From Methanococcus maripaludis (GTDB taxonomy: Archaea; AGJL01; Methanococci; Methanococcales; Methanococcaceae), in assembly GCF_002945325.1 (NCBI RefSeq), contig NZ_CP026606.1, forward strand, positions 1,682,919 to 1,714,918: 32,000 bases of DNA, given 5' to 3'. The notes below the pieces were generated by a model. The model was given only the letters and a program-made list of their open reading frames with translations. It was not told the origin of the DNA and searched no databases. Positions 30,480 to 32,000 of this stretch are shown here, piece by piece (positions within the stretch are counted from its first letter, which is position 1; each line of letters opens with the position of its first letter). Made by a program: the position numbers and the translations under genes.

Positions 30480-32000
30480 TTATTTATATCTGCTGTATGA
30501 GGTTGTGAATTTTTCAACAGTAATATTTAAAAATTCAATTTCGACATTATTCATACCTAATATGTCGGAAATGTCTCTTTCAATTTTATCAGTATTTAAG
30601 CTGCTTTTTATAAATCCAAGCATTTTTTTAGGGACAACGATAATTGAACACTTGCATTTATATCCGTTATCTTCGGTTATGGACATATGGACTTCAAATT
30701 CAGAAATATCATGTACATTTTCTAAATATTCATATATTCCATGTTCAATTTTTTCTTTTAGTCCTTCAACGCCTGTTTTTTCTTTATTTGAATTTTTAGC
30801 TTTTATTTTATTAAGCTCTTCTTGAAGATCTATATCATATTTATTATGTGTTGATTTATGCTCTGTTTTAGTTTCTGTTTTATTCCCTGTTTTTTTATTA
30901 TTGACAGTAACATCTGAAGTCATTTCGATTATATATGAATCAAATAGATCTTCAATGTCTTTTTTAATAACCTCAGAATTTTCATCTGACGTCGTGTTAA
31001 CACAACACGTGGCAATAAATTCGTCGTTATCAGAATATTCTATCGAAAGTTCAGTTTCAAACTCTAAAATAGCGCTATTTTCGTTGAAATAATCATTTAT
31101 TTTTTCTAAGAGTTCGTTTTCTATTGCACCCATTTCAGTTTTTGAAGGTTCAAACACGTCATCTAACAGATTTTCAATCATATCTTCAGTAGGTGTTCGT
31201 ATACCTAATTTTTTCATCAGCTCTTCTCTTGAAATATCTTCTTCGACCTGTTGGGGGTTTTCAGTTTCAGAATCGTCTTTTTCAAGGTATTCATTAATAT
31301 CTTTTACCTCTTGAACATATTTTGGAAGTTCTGTTTTTGGCATCTCAATTTTTACAGGTTCTGATGGTTTAATGGAAATTACTGATTCAGGGTATTCTTC
31401 GATAAAATAATTCAATTTTGAATTGTTATATTCGTAAACATCAATTGCAAAATCATTATCTTCATTAATTATATCGTTAAACATTTTAAAAGCATCATTT
31501 CCGAAAAATAATTTATTTTCAGCCTGATAAACAGCAGTAACTGGTAAATTTCCATTGTATGCAACATATCCTCTATGGTAAGTTCCATCAATTTTTTTGA
31601 AGAGTTCTAAAAGGGTGTATTTTCCAAGGTATTTTTCAAAATCGTTAGAAACGCCCAATTTTATGGGTTTGCCTTCTGGAACGGATATTCTTCCATTATT
31701 TGGAGCAATTGCTTTTTTCTTTTCAACCGGACTTTTTTTAACAGTTTCATTTGTTAAAAAGAGCTTTTTATTTGAATTTTGCATCATGGATAACATGGAA
31801 TCTGTATATGAAAATATGTCAACAATTGCGCCAAGTTCTGCCATTTTCATAGCGTTTACAACAGCATCATTTCCGAAAAATTCTCCTTCGTAGTCAGAAT
31901 ATCCGCCAATGATTTTTTTATTGTTTAAAAAAAGATGGCTTTCCTTAAACTGTCCGTTGACTTTTAGGGATAGTCTAACATGTCCGATAAAATTTTCTGG
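30480..32000 (-). CDS. DUF2226-like protein, N-terminus truncated by the window end
   Basis: Frame is open upstream of the listed ATG to base 32000 (PENFIGHVRLSLKVNGQFKESHLFLNNKKIIGGYSDYEGEFFGNDAVVNAMKMAELGAIVDIF...). The internally repeated module shares 'FFGNDA'. Confidence 0.65.
   Translation of the reverse strand, partial: PENFIGHVRLSLKVNGQFKESHLFLNNKKIIGGYSDYEGEFFGNDAVVNAMKMAELGAIVDIFSYTDSMLSMMQNSNKKLFLTNETVKKSPVEKKKAIAPNNGRISVPEGKPIKLGVSNDFEKYLGKYTLLELFKKIDGTYHRGYVAYNGNLPVTAVYQAENKLFFGNDAFKMFNDIINEDNDFAIDVYEYNNSKLNYFIEEYPESVISIKPSEPVKIEMPKTELPKYVQEVKDINEYLEKDDSETENPQQVEEDISREELMKKLGIRTPTEDMIENLLDDVFEPSKTEMGAIENELLEKINDYFNENSAILEFETELSIEYSDNDEFIATCCVNTTSDENSEVIKKDIEDLFDSYIIEMTSDVTVNNKKTGNKTETKTEHKSTHNKYDIDLQEELNKIKAKNSNKEKTGVEGLKEKIEHGIYEYLENVHDISEFEVHMSITEDNGYKCKCSIIVVPKKMLGFIKSSLNTDKIERDISDILGMNNVEIEFLNITVEKFTTSYSRYK

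Overview
AT-rich archaeal chromosomal segment. Codon usage, Shine-Dalgarno (SD) motifs (GGTGAT/GGAGG), TATA-like boxes and gene content resemble a mesophilic Methanococcus close to M. maripaludis. That assignment is from recall of gene content and order, not a database search. Most of the window is core metabolism: citramalate/isopropylmalate-synthase family enzyme, aspartate kinase, tetra-CBS protein, extended histone, archaeosine radical-SAM enzyme, carB, exonuclease III, GluRS, RluA-type pseudouridine synthase, dihydroorotase, the full trpCDEGFBA operon and an NreA-like repair protein. An accessory-like right part has a split LysO, a NosD-like surface protein, a cupredoxin/membrane/tandem-rubredoxin-like redox cluster, a membrane protein plus XRE regulator, and a three-gene DUF2226-like/membrane-anchor cluster. 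The strongest new signal is in the 331-nt gap before trpC. It contains an unannotated 31-codon ORF (17971..18066, MTYRSEQSETKVESLCKLSSFECVVLFQWWQ*) with an SD and tandem Trp codons at its end. Overlapping, mutually exclusive short stems and a T5 tract follow it. This layout resembles a bacterial trp attenuator, but in an archaeon. A second non-obvious result is a 52-aa ORF (30264..30422) absent from the ORF track. It aligns without gaps to the N-terminal membrane anchor of the neighbouring 173-aa protein.
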